IMG/VR virus record: IMGVR_UViG_2974574029_000001
Location: 31,424-95,423 of that record
From: a virus
Lineage: Duplodnaviria > Heunggongvirae > Uroviricota > Caudoviricetes
Reading direction: 5' to 3' (one strand)
Length of the DNA: 64,000 nucleotides
Positions 9,756-19,880 of the stretch are shown here, one piece after another. The position numbers and the translations under genes were made by a program. A model generated the notes under the pieces. The model did no database searches, was not told where the DNA came from, and was given only the letters and a program-made list of their open reading frames with translations. Numbering within the stretch: the first letter of the stretch is position 1; each line of letters begins with the position of its first letter.

Positions 9756-10040
9756 TCACCATATCACGTAAGTTTTATAAATTTGGTGAAGATTGTTTTT
9801 ATTCATGAAGATATCGTACTCTTCAAGACCATTTTCACCTTCAACGAAAAATGTAAACTGAACACTGTTCCAGCCGTTTCCATGCTCATTGAGAGTTATG
9901 GCTGTGCTGCTACGACCAATAGCAACTTCAAGCACAGAGAGAATTTCTTCCTCATCATGAGTTTTCAAAAACTCTTTTGCTCGTTTCTCATCATAAGGCC
10001 AACCCGCATTCGGGTTAGTAAGCTTTGCGTAAAGATTCAT
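9756..10040 (-). CDS. hypothetical protein
   Basis: 94-aa ORF. Confidence 0.3.
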   Translation of the reverse strand: MNLYAKLTNPNAGWPYDEKRAKEFLKTHDEEEILSVLEVAIGRSSTAITLNEHGNGWNSVQFTFFVEGENGLEEYDIFMNKNNLHQIYKTYVIW

Positions 10041-10345
10041 TCAGTAATCTCCAGCTCTTCTGCGGTATACACATCGTTACCTTCGTACACTGTACCACCA
10101 ATACGCACGACGAATGTACGATCAACAACCTTACCAAAGTGTAAAGTTCTTGATCCTCCGCCCGTGGTTAAGTAGACATCCCGACTAGTGCGTGCAGTCC
10201 CGCACAACTTATCCTCGGAATAAATAGCCATCTCTGTCCCAGCAGGTATTGCTACGACTGCTGTTACAATTTGTCCAACAGTAGAAGATGTTCCCACAAC
10301 TTCACTGCACAGATCTCTAACAACGGTATAGATTTTATTAATCAT
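10037..10345 (-). CDS. hypothetical protein
   Basis: 102-aa ORF. Confidence 0.3.
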   Translation of the reverse strand: MINKIYTVVRDLCSEVVGTSSTVGQIVTAVVAIPAGTEMAIYSEDKLCGTARTSRDVYLTTGGGSRTLHFGKVVDRTFVVRIGGTVYEGNDVYTAEELEITE

Positions 10346-10673
10346 TGTGTCTCCCCCAAGTATTCATATAAGAAACCAGATCCTTAAGTGAGCGTTTGTC
10401 GGATAGTGGATAAATACCATCTGAAGGGACGCCACCAGAAGCTAGCATTTTGTTCAATCGATTATACACGGCCTCAGGACGATTGCAACGTTTAATTTTC
10501 CATTGCTCCCCATCCGGGCTAAAATCTTTCTCTTCACAAGAAACATGGATCAGATCGCCCATGTACTCTTTGAATTTGATGGTGTGCATAGGACGGTGAT
10601 AAATGTAGAATTTCATAGCAATCTCCTCTGATACGAGAAGCATAATTGAAGCTGTGCAGGGAGTCAAGCACAA
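10338..10673 (-). CDS. hypothetical protein
   Basis: 111-aa ORF. Confidence 0.3.
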   Translation of the reverse strand: MCLTPCTASIMLLVSEEIAMKFYIYHRPMHTIKFKEYMGDLIHVSCEEKDFSPDGEQWKIKRCNRPEAVYNRLNKMLASGGVPSDGIYPLSDKRSLKDLVSYMNTWGRHND

Positions 10674-10675
10674 AA

Positions 10676-10700
10676 ACTAAAAAAACCCGCCGAAGCGGGT
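10676..10700 (-). terminator. rho-independent terminator (minus strand)
   Basis: Minus strand reads AAACCCGC-TTCG-GCGGGTTTTTTTAG directly downstream of the 10701 stop. Confidence 0.55.
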
Positions 10701-10979
10701 TTACCATGTAATATACAATCGTGCTCTAATGCCTTGCATAGAGGGTTCAACTTCTACGACATCAACCTCGAAACCTCCACCACGAAGATCAGCAATAATA
10801 TGAGGCAAATAATCAAGCAGGTGATCCGGCAGGTCTATCACCATCCCCATCCCCAAAAGTCCCTTCTTGGCACATTGGTGAATCCCCTCCACCATGTTGT
10901 CGTACAACTGGTTCATCTCGGGCGGGATTGCTGCGTTTGCGATTTCTGCGATCCCTCGCATCTTGCTTGCGGCACTCAT
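10701..10979 (-). CDS. hypothetical protein
   Basis: 92-aa ORF; overlaps the low-complexity tail of the upstream methyltransferase ORF. Confidence 0.35.
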   Translation of the reverse strand: MSAASKMRGIAEIANAAIPPEMNQLYDNMVEGIHQCAKKGLLGMGMVIDLPDHLLDYLPHIIADLRGGGFEVDVVEVEPSMQGIRARLYITW

Positions 10980-11496
10980 CGTCTTGTCCCTCCAAAAAAT
11001 AAAATGGCTTAAGATTCAGCCTGTTCTTTCGATCCCAGACAAAGTAAGCATACCCACTTCCGTCTGTTTTACCATCTTCAGTAAATGATGGTCTTTGAGA
11101 CAACACCATCAGACTGGTGATAGGATTCTCTTGCCACCATTCCCATCGCTTCATACTCTCAAGGAACCCTAACCGCAAAAGCATAATCACGACATCGGCA
11201 TCGTCAAGTGCTTTTGTCACAAACTCTTGGGCCAATGAATATGGCGGGTTGGTGATGATGCAATCCACATGATTTGGATAATAGGTGTTGAGATAATCCA
11301 CACCTTCACGAATTTCCCCCCAAGCTGAACCGAGAGGCATGTGATTATAGAACCTCCCAGACGCTCTACAAGGTTCCAGGTATGTCCATGAGGGGTTAAT
11401 AGGGATAACATCCAAAAGGGCCTGTACGGCCCATTCAGGAGTCTCATAGACGTCATAATCCCTACGTTCCCCCTTTTTCTTCAGGGGAGCACTCAT
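10813..11496 (-). CDS. N6-adenine DNA methyltransferase (NPPY motif)
   Basis: DCIITNPPYSLAQEF catalytic motif. The C-terminal ~55 aa are low-complexity and overlap the next ORF, so a frameshift is possible. Confidence 0.5.
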   Translation of the reverse strand: MSAPLKKKGERRDYDVYETPEWAVQALLDVIPINPSWTYLEPCRASGRFYNHMPLGSAWGEIREGVDYLNTYYPNHVDCIITNPPYSLAQEFVTKALDDADVVIMLLRLGFLESMKRWEWWQENPITSLMVLSQRPSFTEDGKTDGSGYAYFVWDRKNRLNLKPFYFLEGQDDECRKQDARDRRNRKRSNPARDEPVVRQHGGGDSPMCQEGTFGDGDGDRPAGSPA

Positions 11497-12422
11497 TACT
11501 CGGCATTCCCAAAGGTATCGATGATAACTTCACCTGCGGTCAGGAGAGCTTCGATTAGTGCTTGGCGATCACGAGAGGTAATCTCCAGTGCCTTTTCTTC
11601 TCCTTGTGCAATAGCCCCAACCTGTGACAGAATGCTTTGCAGCTCATCGATGTTGAAGATATCGAAATCAGAGGCCTTCAGGTTTCTCACATCCAACGAG
11701 AAAGTCTCACCATCGACATGTACCTTCAGGACAACACTGCGGTCAGGATCTCCAGTAACAGTGCCCTCTTTCTGGGTATCTTTCACACCAACAGGGGTTA
11801 CGATCGGATTTTTACCGGATTTCATCCTTTCGATATTTTTATCATCCAAAATCACTGCGCGAGTTCGTTTCGTGATCTCAACTTCATCCAGCCACACCTG
11901 CCCGCCACCTTTGATTGTGTTGATCTCCCCGTCGGTCAATACACCTTTGTAGAAATAATCGATTAAGCGATCGAAGTGTTGTTTATAGAACAGCACCTGG
12001 GTATAAATATTAGCCCCATCACCAAATGCCCCGCCCTGATAGTTATGGAACATAAATTCCGTCATTGGGGCGACAGTTCGCTCTTTAGAAGCCAGCCATA
12101 AGATTGTTCCAGCAGAACACACCTGCCCCTCTGCATGGGTTACTACGGTTGCTTGACTCTCACGCATCGCGCTCACATAAGCCATTGCGATATCAACACG
12201 CCCACCGTAAGTGTTTATGATTACACGCACCATATCGTCTGGGTTGGCTTGGCGAATTTGTTGTAATTTATTAAAATGGTCTTCCATATAATCCAAATCG
12301 TGAATATAGATTACATGCTCATGAGAGGGCATTGGATAGCAGAAAGAACCTTCCCCACCAAAACCACCGCCAAAGCCAAAGTAATTCTTTTTGTCGTTAT
12401 TCTGCATCTTGTGTCTCCCCAT
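11496..12422 (-). CDS. ClpP-like (S14 family) serine protease
   Basis: INTYGGRVDIAMAYVSAMRES...HAEGQVCSAGTILWLAS...MFHNYQGGAFG resembles the ClpP catalytic Ser/His region. Confidence 0.45.
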   Translation of the reverse strand: MGRHKMQNNDKKNYFGFGGGFGGEGSFCYPMPSHEHVIYIHDLDYMEDHFNKLQQIRQANPDDMVRVIINTYGGRVDIAMAYVSAMRESQATVVTHAEGQVCSAGTILWLASKERTVAPMTEFMFHNYQGGAFGDGANIYTQVLFYKQHFDRLIDYFYKGVLTDGEINTIKGGGQVWLDEVEITKRTRAVILDDKNIERMKSGKNPIVTPVGVKDTQKEGTVTGDPDRSVVLKVHVDGETFSLDVRNLKASDFDIFNIDELQSILSQVGAIAQGEEKALEITSRDRQALIEALLTAGEVIIDTFGNAE

Positions 12423-12891
12423 TCGCGTCTACAATCAGTTGTCGTAATGTGTATGCATTCCGTAACAACCAGTCTATATTGAACCCTGAATCATCATCCA
12501 CAAGGACTTGGTCGCTGTACTTAAAGCACAGGAGAACCCTCTTGGCGCGTTCTGAGGCTACTGCCGCCTGATGCAACAGCGTAAAGTGGTTAAGCTCTTC
12601 TTTGGTCAAACTCACGTACTGAGATTTCCCATCTAGGTAAATCAAATGTTCCAGCAGGTCACGACGATCCGGGAACATCCAAGAGGCATCCCGCTCGGCA
12701 GCGGAACGACTATAAATCATCCGGGTAAAGAACCCGTCATTCATTTTATAAAGTGATTCAGCCACAACCTTCAGATAGAGATTGTAATACTTTGTCACCT
12801 CGGACTCGAAAAATTCAGGCTCGACGACTCCACAATTCTTCAGTTCCATCAGTCTCCGATGGGAAAGAATCCCATGAATACTAACTGTCAT
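12397..12891 (-). CDS. hypothetical protein
   Basis: 164-aa ORF. Confidence 0.3.
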   Translation of the reverse strand: MTVSIHGILSHRRLMELKNCGVVEPEFFESEVTKYYNLYLKVVAESLYKMNDGFFTRMIYSRSAAERDASWMFPDRRDLLEHLIYLDGKSQYVSLTKEELNHFTLLHQAAVASERAKRVLLCFKYSDQVLVDDDSGFNIDWLLRNAYTLRQLIVDANGETQDAE

Positions 12892-12898
12892 ACTCCTC

Positions 12899-13210
12899 CT
12901 ATCGAGCTATAAGGTACTTAATACTTCCGTCTTTCTCACGGTGACCGATATCTACCACATAGTACGGTCCGAACTTGTCAACGTTCACCTTGTCACCGAC
13001 GAATAACTCTCTCTTACTTTGGTACTCAATGGATTCTAGGAAGTATCTGAATAAATCAGTATCATCTGTGTTACAGATGTTTTTCATCCCGCCATCCTTG
13101 TAAGTAATGAAAATAACCTTGTTGCTGATTTTACCAACTGCCCAGCCTTGACCATCTACCTTAACGAGACAATATGAGTCATTAAGCTTGTCGCGAAATC
13201 GGGATGCCAC
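12899..13210 (-). CDS. hypothetical protein
   Basis: 103-aa ORF. Confidence 0.3.
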   Translation of the reverse strand: MASRFRDKLNDSYCLVKVDGQGWAVGKISNKVIFITYKDGGMKNICNTDDTDLFRYFLESIEYQSKRELFVGDKVNVDKFGPYYVVDIGHREKDGSIKYLIAR

Positions 13211-13826
13211 GTTTTTCCTCCAAGGATCTCAAGAACCTCTCCAACAAGGCTAGTTTATCTGCTGTGTTCAGGTTAAGAACCCGAACGCCGTATTTTTTGG
13301 ACAAATTAACTGCGGTTGCAGTTCCGCCCTTAGGATTCCCGTTCCTATCTTCCTGGGCATAGTACAAACAAAATGCCGAAGGCCTTGGGTCAAGGACATT
13401 GGCCCCCAAAACCTGATGCACATTACGTGAATGGAGTGCAAAAGCACCCCTTTTTCTCTTAAGGGCTTCAAAATTAGGGTGGATTTCCTCTACCAATGCC
13501 TCTCGTACAGGTTTTTGGTCAGGAATCAAATAATCAAGATAATCTAATGGGTAGTCCCAGAAATCCCAGAGGTTATTATTGCCAGATGAAAATCCATCCC
13601 AAGGGATATAGATCTCCGCCAAATGTGTACGATACTCTTCTTCCTTTCCATTGTCAAGAGCTTCGTAGTATTTTTGCATTCCAACCTGGAATGCTTCATC
13701 TGCCCCTCCAGCTTTTCCACTTCTCAAGGTGAATCCGCACCTTGCAAGACGGAAACCAGCATCTTCCATGATGCTGATAACCTCAGGAGGGGTCTCCCTA
13801 GACCCCACGCCTGTATAATAAGCCAT
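13182..13826 (-). CDS. Rossmann-fold DprA/Smf (SLOG)-like nucleotide-binding protein
   Basis: MAYYTGVGSRETP...RSGKAGGADEAF pattern (GSR..P ... SGgA.GAD). Confidence 0.35.
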   Translation of the reverse strand: MAYYTGVGSRETPPEVISIMEDAGFRLARCGFTLRSGKAGGADEAFQVGMQKYYEALDNGKEEEYRTHLAEIYIPWDGFSSGNNNLWDFWDYPLDYLDYLIPDQKPVREALVEEIHPNFEALKRKRGAFALHSRNVHQVLGANVLDPRPSAFCLYYAQEDRNGNPKGGTATAVNLSKKYGVRVLNLNTADKLALLERFLRSLEEKRGIPISRQA

Positions 13827-13835
13827 ATTCCTCCT

Positions 13836-14624
13836 TTACGAAGCCAGTGGAGTATAGCGCCCCTCTGCACGGTCGGCGATTAACGCCTTGGCAATGTCAC
13901 GAACCATACCACCACGAACAATATCATCATCTGGGTTGTCGAAGTTTACAATACCAACACCTGCGATACCATTACGGCTCAGGAAATCTTCCACCCATTC
14001 CAGACCGGAGATACCGTGGATATCTTTCTGAGAGGCATCACCCATGACCACAAGGGTACAATTATCAGAGATACGAGTAATGATACTCAACATTTCCTCT
14101 GGGGTGCTCTGCTGGGCCTCGTCGATCAGGAGATAGCTTCTTTCATCGAATGAACGACCTCGAATACTTTCTAATTCCTGAACCTCGATACGACCATTGA
14201 GGCCGTCTTTAAGCGCGGTGTAGTAGGCACCGTCTCCCATACGTTTACGGATGGTATCTAACATGTTACGAACATACGGGAAGAGTTTTTCCAACGATGT
14301 TCCCGGTTTGAAGCCGGAGGTTTTACCCGTCTGTACGTAAGGACGAGCGACAATAATCTTGTCGAGTTCATTCTTACGGAGCAGATCAGCAGCGTAGGCA
14401 GATGCTAGGTAAGTTTTACCTGTACCGAAGATACCTTTTGCGATAACAATATTGCAAGTTTGCAACTTGTGGAGGTAATCTTGCTGCTTGTCATTCAGAG
14501 GATTCAGCGGTGGAGCGCTATTCCTTTCCTCATCGAATTTCGGGTGGTGCTTGGCTTGTCTCTCAGCACGTTGTTGTTGGCGAACGCTGAGTTTGGTTGC
14601 ACGAGCCTCTTTGCTTCTTCCCAT
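13836..14624 (-). CDS. phoH: PhoH-like ATPase
   Basis: Walker A GIFGTGKTYLASAYAA plus conserved PhoH C-terminal region; 262 aa. Confidence 0.75.
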   Translation of the reverse strand: MGRSKEARATKLSVRQQQRAERQAKHHPKFDEERNSAPPLNPLNDKQQDYLHKLQTCNIVIAKGIFGTGKTYLASAYAADLLRKNELDKIIVARPYVQTGKTSGFKPGTSLEKLFPYVRNMLDTIRKRMGDGAYYTALKDGLNGRIEVQELESIRGRSFDERSYLLIDEAQQSTPEEMLSIITRISDNCTLVVMGDASQKDIHGISGLEWVEDFLSRNGIAGVGIVNFDNPDDDIVRGGMVRDIAKALIADRAEGRYTPLAS

Positions 14625-14634
14625 GTGGTTCTCC

Positions 14635-15189
14635 TTAAGAGGTTAGAACAGATTTTGCCTTTTTGTAGTATGCAGTTCTTTCTGCGAGGTGGTTAGTCCC
14701 GCCGTTCACCAGCTTGGTGATTTTGGTGATATCATCAGCATCGCAAGCAGCGTTGATGTTTCTCATGTTCCAATACCAACCAGCGCTATCAACTGCATAT
14801 TTCGGCTGTTCAAGTAATTCAGGGTGATTGACGAGATCCAACCCTAAGGCTTTACCACAAGCTTTGTAGTTTGCAAGCCCGGTGACTTGGATCAGACCAC
14901 GTCCCTTGTACTTAGCTCCGTCACCATCCTTTTCTGGTGTATTGCCAAGTCGCTTTGCAATTGGTCCGGTATCATACTTATCAAAATATGCATTGTTTCC
15001 AAGTTCTCTGGTATACAGGAACTCTGCGGACTCCACCCCGATTTGGGAAAGGAATCCAGCAATGCGGTTGACAGTGTTAATACCACCCTTCTCAAACAAG
15101 TCGTTCAAAGGACCGATAAACTTGGCATTCCTGCCCGCCTTCGCGCCATTAGGAAAGATTTTGTTGAGTTGTTCCAGCGTAAGTTTCAA
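14635..15189 (-). CDS. endolysin, glycoside hydrolase family 19 (chitinase-like)
   Basis: YKGRGLIQVTGLANYKA matches the GH19 catalytic signature; AGFLSQIGVESAEF. Confidence 0.65.
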   Translation of the reverse strand: MKLTLEQLNKIFPNGAKAGRNAKFIGPLNDLFEKGGINTVNRIAGFLSQIGVESAEFLYTRELGNNAYFDKYDTGPIAKRLGNTPEKDGDGAKYKGRGLIQVTGLANYKACGKALGLDLVNHPELLEQPKYAVDSAGWYWNMRNINAACDADDITKITKLVNGGTNHLAERTAYYKKAKSVLTS

Positions 15190-15207
15190 AAGACCCCCTT
15201 TTTCAGG

Positions 15208-15588
15208 TTAGGCCTCTCCCACCGCCTCTTCAAAAGCCGTTTCGAGCTGGGAGGCTACCCCATGAATCTTGATCGTAATCTTCTCTTGGAAGATCGCGTA
15301 TCTCAGCTCTTCTTCGGTCAAAGCCTCTGCCAACAGGCCGACCAATTTATCAAATACTTTCTGTTGAACCTCTGTAGAGAGAGTTTTACGAAGGCGTTCT
15401 TTTTTATCCTTTATTTCCTTGGCAAAATAGACGTCTTTCTCTCCCTTCACCATGTTCTGGAGACTTTCAACCTGCGCCTGCAATCCGGTAGCAAAATCCC
15501 CGATCAGTCGGTCCCACACCAGAGAAACAAACTCCTTTGCCAGAGAAGGTCGTAAGTCAGTGGTTACAACTGCGGCCTTTTTTGACAT
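15208..15588 (-). CDS. hypothetical protein
   Basis: 126-aa ORF. Confidence 0.3.
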   Translation of the reverse strand: MSKKAAVVTTDLRPSLAKEFVSLVWDRLIGDFATGLQAQVESLQNMVKGEKDVYFAKEIKDKKERLRKTLSTEVQQKVFDKLVGLLAEALTEEELRYAIFQEKITIKIHGVASQLETAFEEAVGEA

Positions 15589-15591
15589 TAG

Positions 15592-15729
15592 TAACCCCCG
15601 CGAGCGGCAGCGTCTGCTGCAAGTTGCTGAAGTTCTTCATCAGAAGAGCGTTTATTCTTCGGCTTTTTGCCACGCAGTTCCAGAGCCAGTTCCTTGGTAT
15701 ATGCCTTACGCAGTGCTTTCTTACTCATT
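15592..15729 (-). CDS. small basic protein (45 aa), hand-called
   Basis: MSKKALRKAYTKELALELRGKKPKNKRSSDEELQQLAADAAARGGY. Below the 60-aa cutoff of the ORF track but fills the gap between flanking genes. Confidence 0.25.
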
Positions 15730-15807
15730 CGAATTCTCCTCTAAATTTCCTGCCGGACAGATTTCTCGGCAGGATTACATAAATCATACAGACAGAAAGT
15801 TGTTATG

Positions 15808-16080
15808 TCAACAGGATTTCATATGTTTTTTCACAAAAGCAATGAAGTCATCCGCGCCACCAATGTACTCCGTTGAGGAGTCAGTCTCACGGAAAATCTG
15901 CGGGACGGTGCGAGGGATAACCGGGGCGCATTGCTCTACCAGCCCTTCCTTGGTGTAATTCTTCCCGAGTGTCAGGTAGATATACTCGATCCCATTTGCA
16001 ATGGCAAACTCCTTCGCACGGACGCAGTGTGAGCAGTTATCCTTACCATAAATGGTGAAGGTGGAATTCTTCAGATTCAT
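15808..16080 (-). CDS. glutaredoxin/thioredoxin-like protein (NrdC/NrdH-like)
   Basis: 90 aa with a CSHC redox motif at the N-terminus and thioredoxin-fold spacing; immediately downstream of nrdB. Confidence 0.55.
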   Translation of the reverse strand: MNLKNSTFTIYGKDNCSHCVRAKEFAIANGIEYIYLTLGKNYTKEGLVEQCAPVIPRTVPQIFRETDSSTEYIGGADDFIAFVKKHMKSC

Positions 16081-16424
16081 TGTTTCTCCGATTCAAGAAG
16101 GAATGTGAATACTGGGATTTCTGATGTGTAGTCAACATCATACCCTTTAACTACCAAGTCCCCAACGAAACGCATTGATTCTGAGAGACTGCCAAGAACG
16201 GGATACTCTGCCTCAACCCTTGCAGGATGGCCTAGCGCCTGTTTAAGCTTTAATACCCAAGGGCTGGTAGCCTGTAAATAGATTTTAGCCTTAGCTACTC
16301 CGTGCAATCGACGGGAAATGGAAATTTTCATATCACTTGAGAAGCCTACCACACGCTCGCCTCCAAAAGTAACTACCAGCTTGGACGGATCGTATACTAC
16401 AGATTCAAAATTTGCGCTATCCAT
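16077..16424 (-). CDS. hypothetical protein
   Basis: 115-aa ORF between nrdB and the glutaredoxin-like gene. Confidence 0.3.
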   Translation of the reverse strand: MDSANFESVVYDPSKLVVTFGGERVVGFSSDMKISISRRLHGVAKAKIYLQATSPWVLKLKQALGHPARVEAEYPVLGSLSESMRFVGDLVVKGYDVDYTSEIPVFTFLLESEKQ

Positions 16425-16433
16425 TATTACTCC

Positions 16434-17522
16434 TTAAAAATCCCAGACTTCATCTTCAGCGTCATTGACTGTCGCATTAAGACGATAATCAGTGTTTGTT
16501 TGTTCCTGATTCGCATTCTGTTGCTTGGAAGGGTTCATCCAAACATCCATGAACGGGAGGGGATCACGTTTTGGTGCTACGAAATCTTTTTCAATGCCGT
16601 AGTAATCGTAGATCGGAGCACAGTTCCAGTCAGTCCAGTCTTTCAGCAACGGAGCGTTTAACCCGATGATCGCACGTCCTTCACTGAAGAGATAATCACC
16701 CCAACCATATTCATTAGTACGAACTTCATCAAGAATTGCTTTCAGCTCGTATTTGATTGCGATAAAACTGGCCTTCCATACCGGGTCTTTCAGAAGGATA
16801 TCGATAACTCCGAAATCCATCTTGGTATGCAGCATCTCATCCAACATAATTTTCTGCACTAGCTGCCCTACCTGGACAAACACACCCTGTTCTGCAAGGG
16901 CGAACGTACAGGCAAAGCTAGAGATGAATTCAATACCTTCCAGCCCCAACAGGGAGAACATCGCTCTCAGGATTCCTCGACGGATCTCTTCTTTGTCAAC
17001 AGAGTCCGGGTCAATACGGTATCGAGCACCGAGGATCTCTAATTCACGCATGAATTTGACAATGACTCCAGAGCGTTCAAGGACTGCCTGGTTGTTCTGA
17101 ATATCTTCAATGATCTGGCGAGAATTAGGCAGGCATTGACGAACGATATCAGAATACGTCAGAGCATGTAGGACTTCAATCTCCGATTGCTTCATCATCA
17201 TGGCAAACAGTTCACTATTCGTGATGAAGGGCGCAAAAAGGCAGATGATAGACTGTGCTGCAACGCTATCAGCTTCCCATTGCCACATCAGTGTCTGCAC
17301 CATAACGTCGTAAGTCGATTTGCTGCAAGTCGCAAAGTCTGTGATAGATTGGCTCAGTTCAACTTCATCTTCTGACCAGTCCTGTTCTTTCTGCTTCTTA
17401 TACAAATCAAACAGTTGCGGGTACTTCTTATTGATGGAGTCATACATCCCCATCTGTTGACCAAGGAACAGTGGATAGTCCCCAGTTTTATGTGCGGTAT
17501 TTTCTACGTTAAAAACTGCCAT
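16434..17522 (-). CDS. nrdB: ribonucleotide reductase class Ia beta subunit
   Basis: Ferritin-like di-iron R2 protein of 362 aa (ELFAMMMKQSEIEVLHALTYSDIV, MLDEMLHTKMDFG). Confidence 0.8.
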   Translation of the reverse strand: MAVFNVENTAHKTGDYPLFLGQQMGMYDSINKKYPQLFDLYKKQKEQDWSEDEVELSQSITDFATCSKSTYDVMVQTLMWQWEADSVAAQSIICLFAPFITNSELFAMMMKQSEIEVLHALTYSDIVRQCLPNSRQIIEDIQNNQAVLERSGVIVKFMRELEILGARYRIDPDSVDKEEIRRGILRAMFSLLGLEGIEFISSFACTFALAEQGVFVQVGQLVQKIMLDEMLHTKMDFGVIDILLKDPVWKASFIAIKYELKAILDEVRTNEYGWGDYLFSEGRAIIGLNAPLLKDWTDWNCAPIYDYYGIEKDFVAPKRDPLPFMDVWMNPSKQQNANQEQTNTDYRLNATVNDAEDEVWDF

Positions 17523-17530
17523 TTTCTCTC

Positions 17531-17553
17531 CTCAAAAACGGGGCCGAAGCCCC
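17531..17553 (-). terminator. rho-independent terminator (minus strand)
   Basis: Minus strand reads GGGGC-TTCG-GCCCC followed by GTTTTTGAG, downstream of the nrdA stop. Confidence 0.5.
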
Positions 17554-17559
17554 TACAAC

Positions 17560-19871
17560 TTATAAAGAACAACTTTCGCAATAAGGGTCTTCAGTATCCC
17601 CGGCAATAAATGGTGCAACAGCTCTTGTCTCTTCCTCAGCTTTTGCTTTAGCATGAAGTTCCTCAGTGAGGGAATCTCCAGCACCGACTTTAGAGTTCAG
17701 ATAATACCATGTCTTCATCCCCATCTTCGTGGCGCGGATCAGATATCCCAGTTGTTGTTTCATGGAAATCTTACCATCAGGCAACTGGGTATAGTCGATG
17801 TAAAGATCCGCACTAATTGCTTGCCCTGCGAACTTCTGAATGATTGCATAGATATCAATCAAGTCGTTCGTATCGATATCCCAAGCCGATGTGTAATATT
17901 CCTTCAGCTCTTCATACTCAGGCACGATAAACAGCACAGAGCCTTGAGGGGATTTCTTGAAGATCACATGGTCACGTACCGGATACAGGCCATTTGTTGT
18001 GTTGGTAGCCAATGATGAACTTTCGTTCGGCATATAAGCTTCCAGAACACTGTTACGGATACCACCATTTTCGATGATTTCCTGGCGCAAAGTTTCCCAG
18101 TCCTGCTTCAGGCTCGGATTCTTCACGACACTATCAACTGCCTTATTATAGGTATCGATAGGCAACCAACCCTGCGGTACTTAGTCTTATTCATCCACGG
18201 AGCAACACCACGCTCTTTAGCCAGTCGTAGACTTGCCTTATGCAGACTGAAGCTATGCAGTTCTGCCAGATCGTGAACCAACTGCTTGCTCTCAGGAGAA
18301 CCATACGCGACTTTGTGTTTCGCTATGTAATGAGCAAGGTTGGTCAAACCAACACCAATAGAACGGCGAGACTCGGCTGTGTACTTCATATTCTCATACG
18401 GATAGTCCATGATATCCATAACGTTGTCGATCATCAGGACGGTGTAGTAAGCAACATCCTCGTATTCTTCTTCGGAAACACGACCAGCAACCAGAGAGGC
18501 GATAAAGCACAATGCAACTTCACCATCATCGACAGCCGGGTTGAAAATATTACGCATATCTGTATACCCTTTTGTTGGCAGACAGATTTCTTGACACAAG
18601 TTAGATGAGTAAATTGTTTCAAGGAATGGCGTATGACGGTTCATTTCGTCAGGCCAGTAAACATAAAGACGACCAGTTTCTGCACGTTGAGTAATCAGCT
18701 CCATTGCCAGATCACGAGCCTTCACCCAAGTCTTTGGAATCTTCGTATCTGCTGCTACACGGGCAACCTCAGCATCAAACTCCTGCATTGTCATTCGGAA
18801 CATACCCTCATGCAACTGAGGGGCATCCTTATATGACACCAACATCCAGTCCAGATTCTTAGCTACGCGATTCATGAACGAGTGGTTGACACCAATCGAA
18901 TAGTCCATCGTATTGATACGTTTTGAGGTAACCGTCATCGGGTTACGCAGGCGCATCAGTTCTTCAACCTGCGGGTCTAGCGCAAGGAAAGACACCGTTG
19001 CAGAACCACCACGGGATTGTTGGCGATTTTCCTTAACACCAACATCAATTCCACGGTAATACGGGAGTTTACCCATATGTTTGATCGTATTGTCACGAAC
19101 ACCATCGCCGATAGAGCGGGATGACAGGTAATAACCGATCCCTGCCTGTGCTACCGTCATAGTGTACGCCACTTCACGAGCAACACCTATACTTTTAGCT
19201 GTATCGTCTGCTTTGATAATGCAACAGGATGCATATCCAGTTTTACCAGTACGCAGACCATTCAGGTACGGCGTTGGTGCATTGATTTTAAGATCAGAGA
19301 GATACCTATACAGTCTGATGACGTCATTCTTCCTACGGGATAATGGCATATTCTTCATAACAGCCATAGCAATACCCATGAACATCATCTGTGGGGATTC
19401 GAACAGGATATCATTGATGTTATCTTTGATACCATACTTATCCCGGAACTGTTTCAGAACCGCATACCCATAACTCAGGTCCTTACTGTGGTCAATGACT
19501 TGATCAAAGTTTAACAGCTCAGGTCCCGTATAGCCCATTTCTTCCCAGTACCCACGCATCACCATGTCCTGGTAAAACTCGGTAAGGCTTGGGATTTTCT
19601 TAAATCCACCAAAAGCTTCCTTGTAGATTTGTCCAATCAGGACGCGCCCAGCCATACGTGAATGGGCTTCGTCTTTACGACTCACACAGGCGTCGATCAA
19701 TGCCTGGTTAACTTCACGAGTGGTGCAGCCGTCATACAGTCGCTTATATGCATCCATTGAGATATACGACCAGTTACCATTACCGTCATCACCAAAGATA
19801 GCGGCCTTGTTTAGACGTTCTGGTTCAAATGGAACCACACTGCCATCACTCTTCACAACTGTATTGATCAA
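17560..19871 (-). CDS. nrdA: ribonucleotide reductase class Ia alpha subunit, frame interrupted near 18160-18170
   Basis: ORF 18123..19871 carries an ATP-cone at the N-terminus and the catalytic domain. ORF 17560..18165 (MPIDTYNKAV...) matches the NrdA C-terminus (E. coli GILPIDTYKK...). The fragments join across a 1-nt frame change (KTKYRR / VPQGWLPIDTY). Confidence 0.8.
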
Positions 19872-19880
19872 ACTTTCCCC

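Noticed and set aside
13182-13826. Calling this ORF an NMN adenylyltransferase to complete the NAD pathway
   Set aside because: No HxGH or SxTxxR motifs were found. The GSRxxP...SGgAxGAD pattern fits the DprA/SLOG Rossmann family instead.
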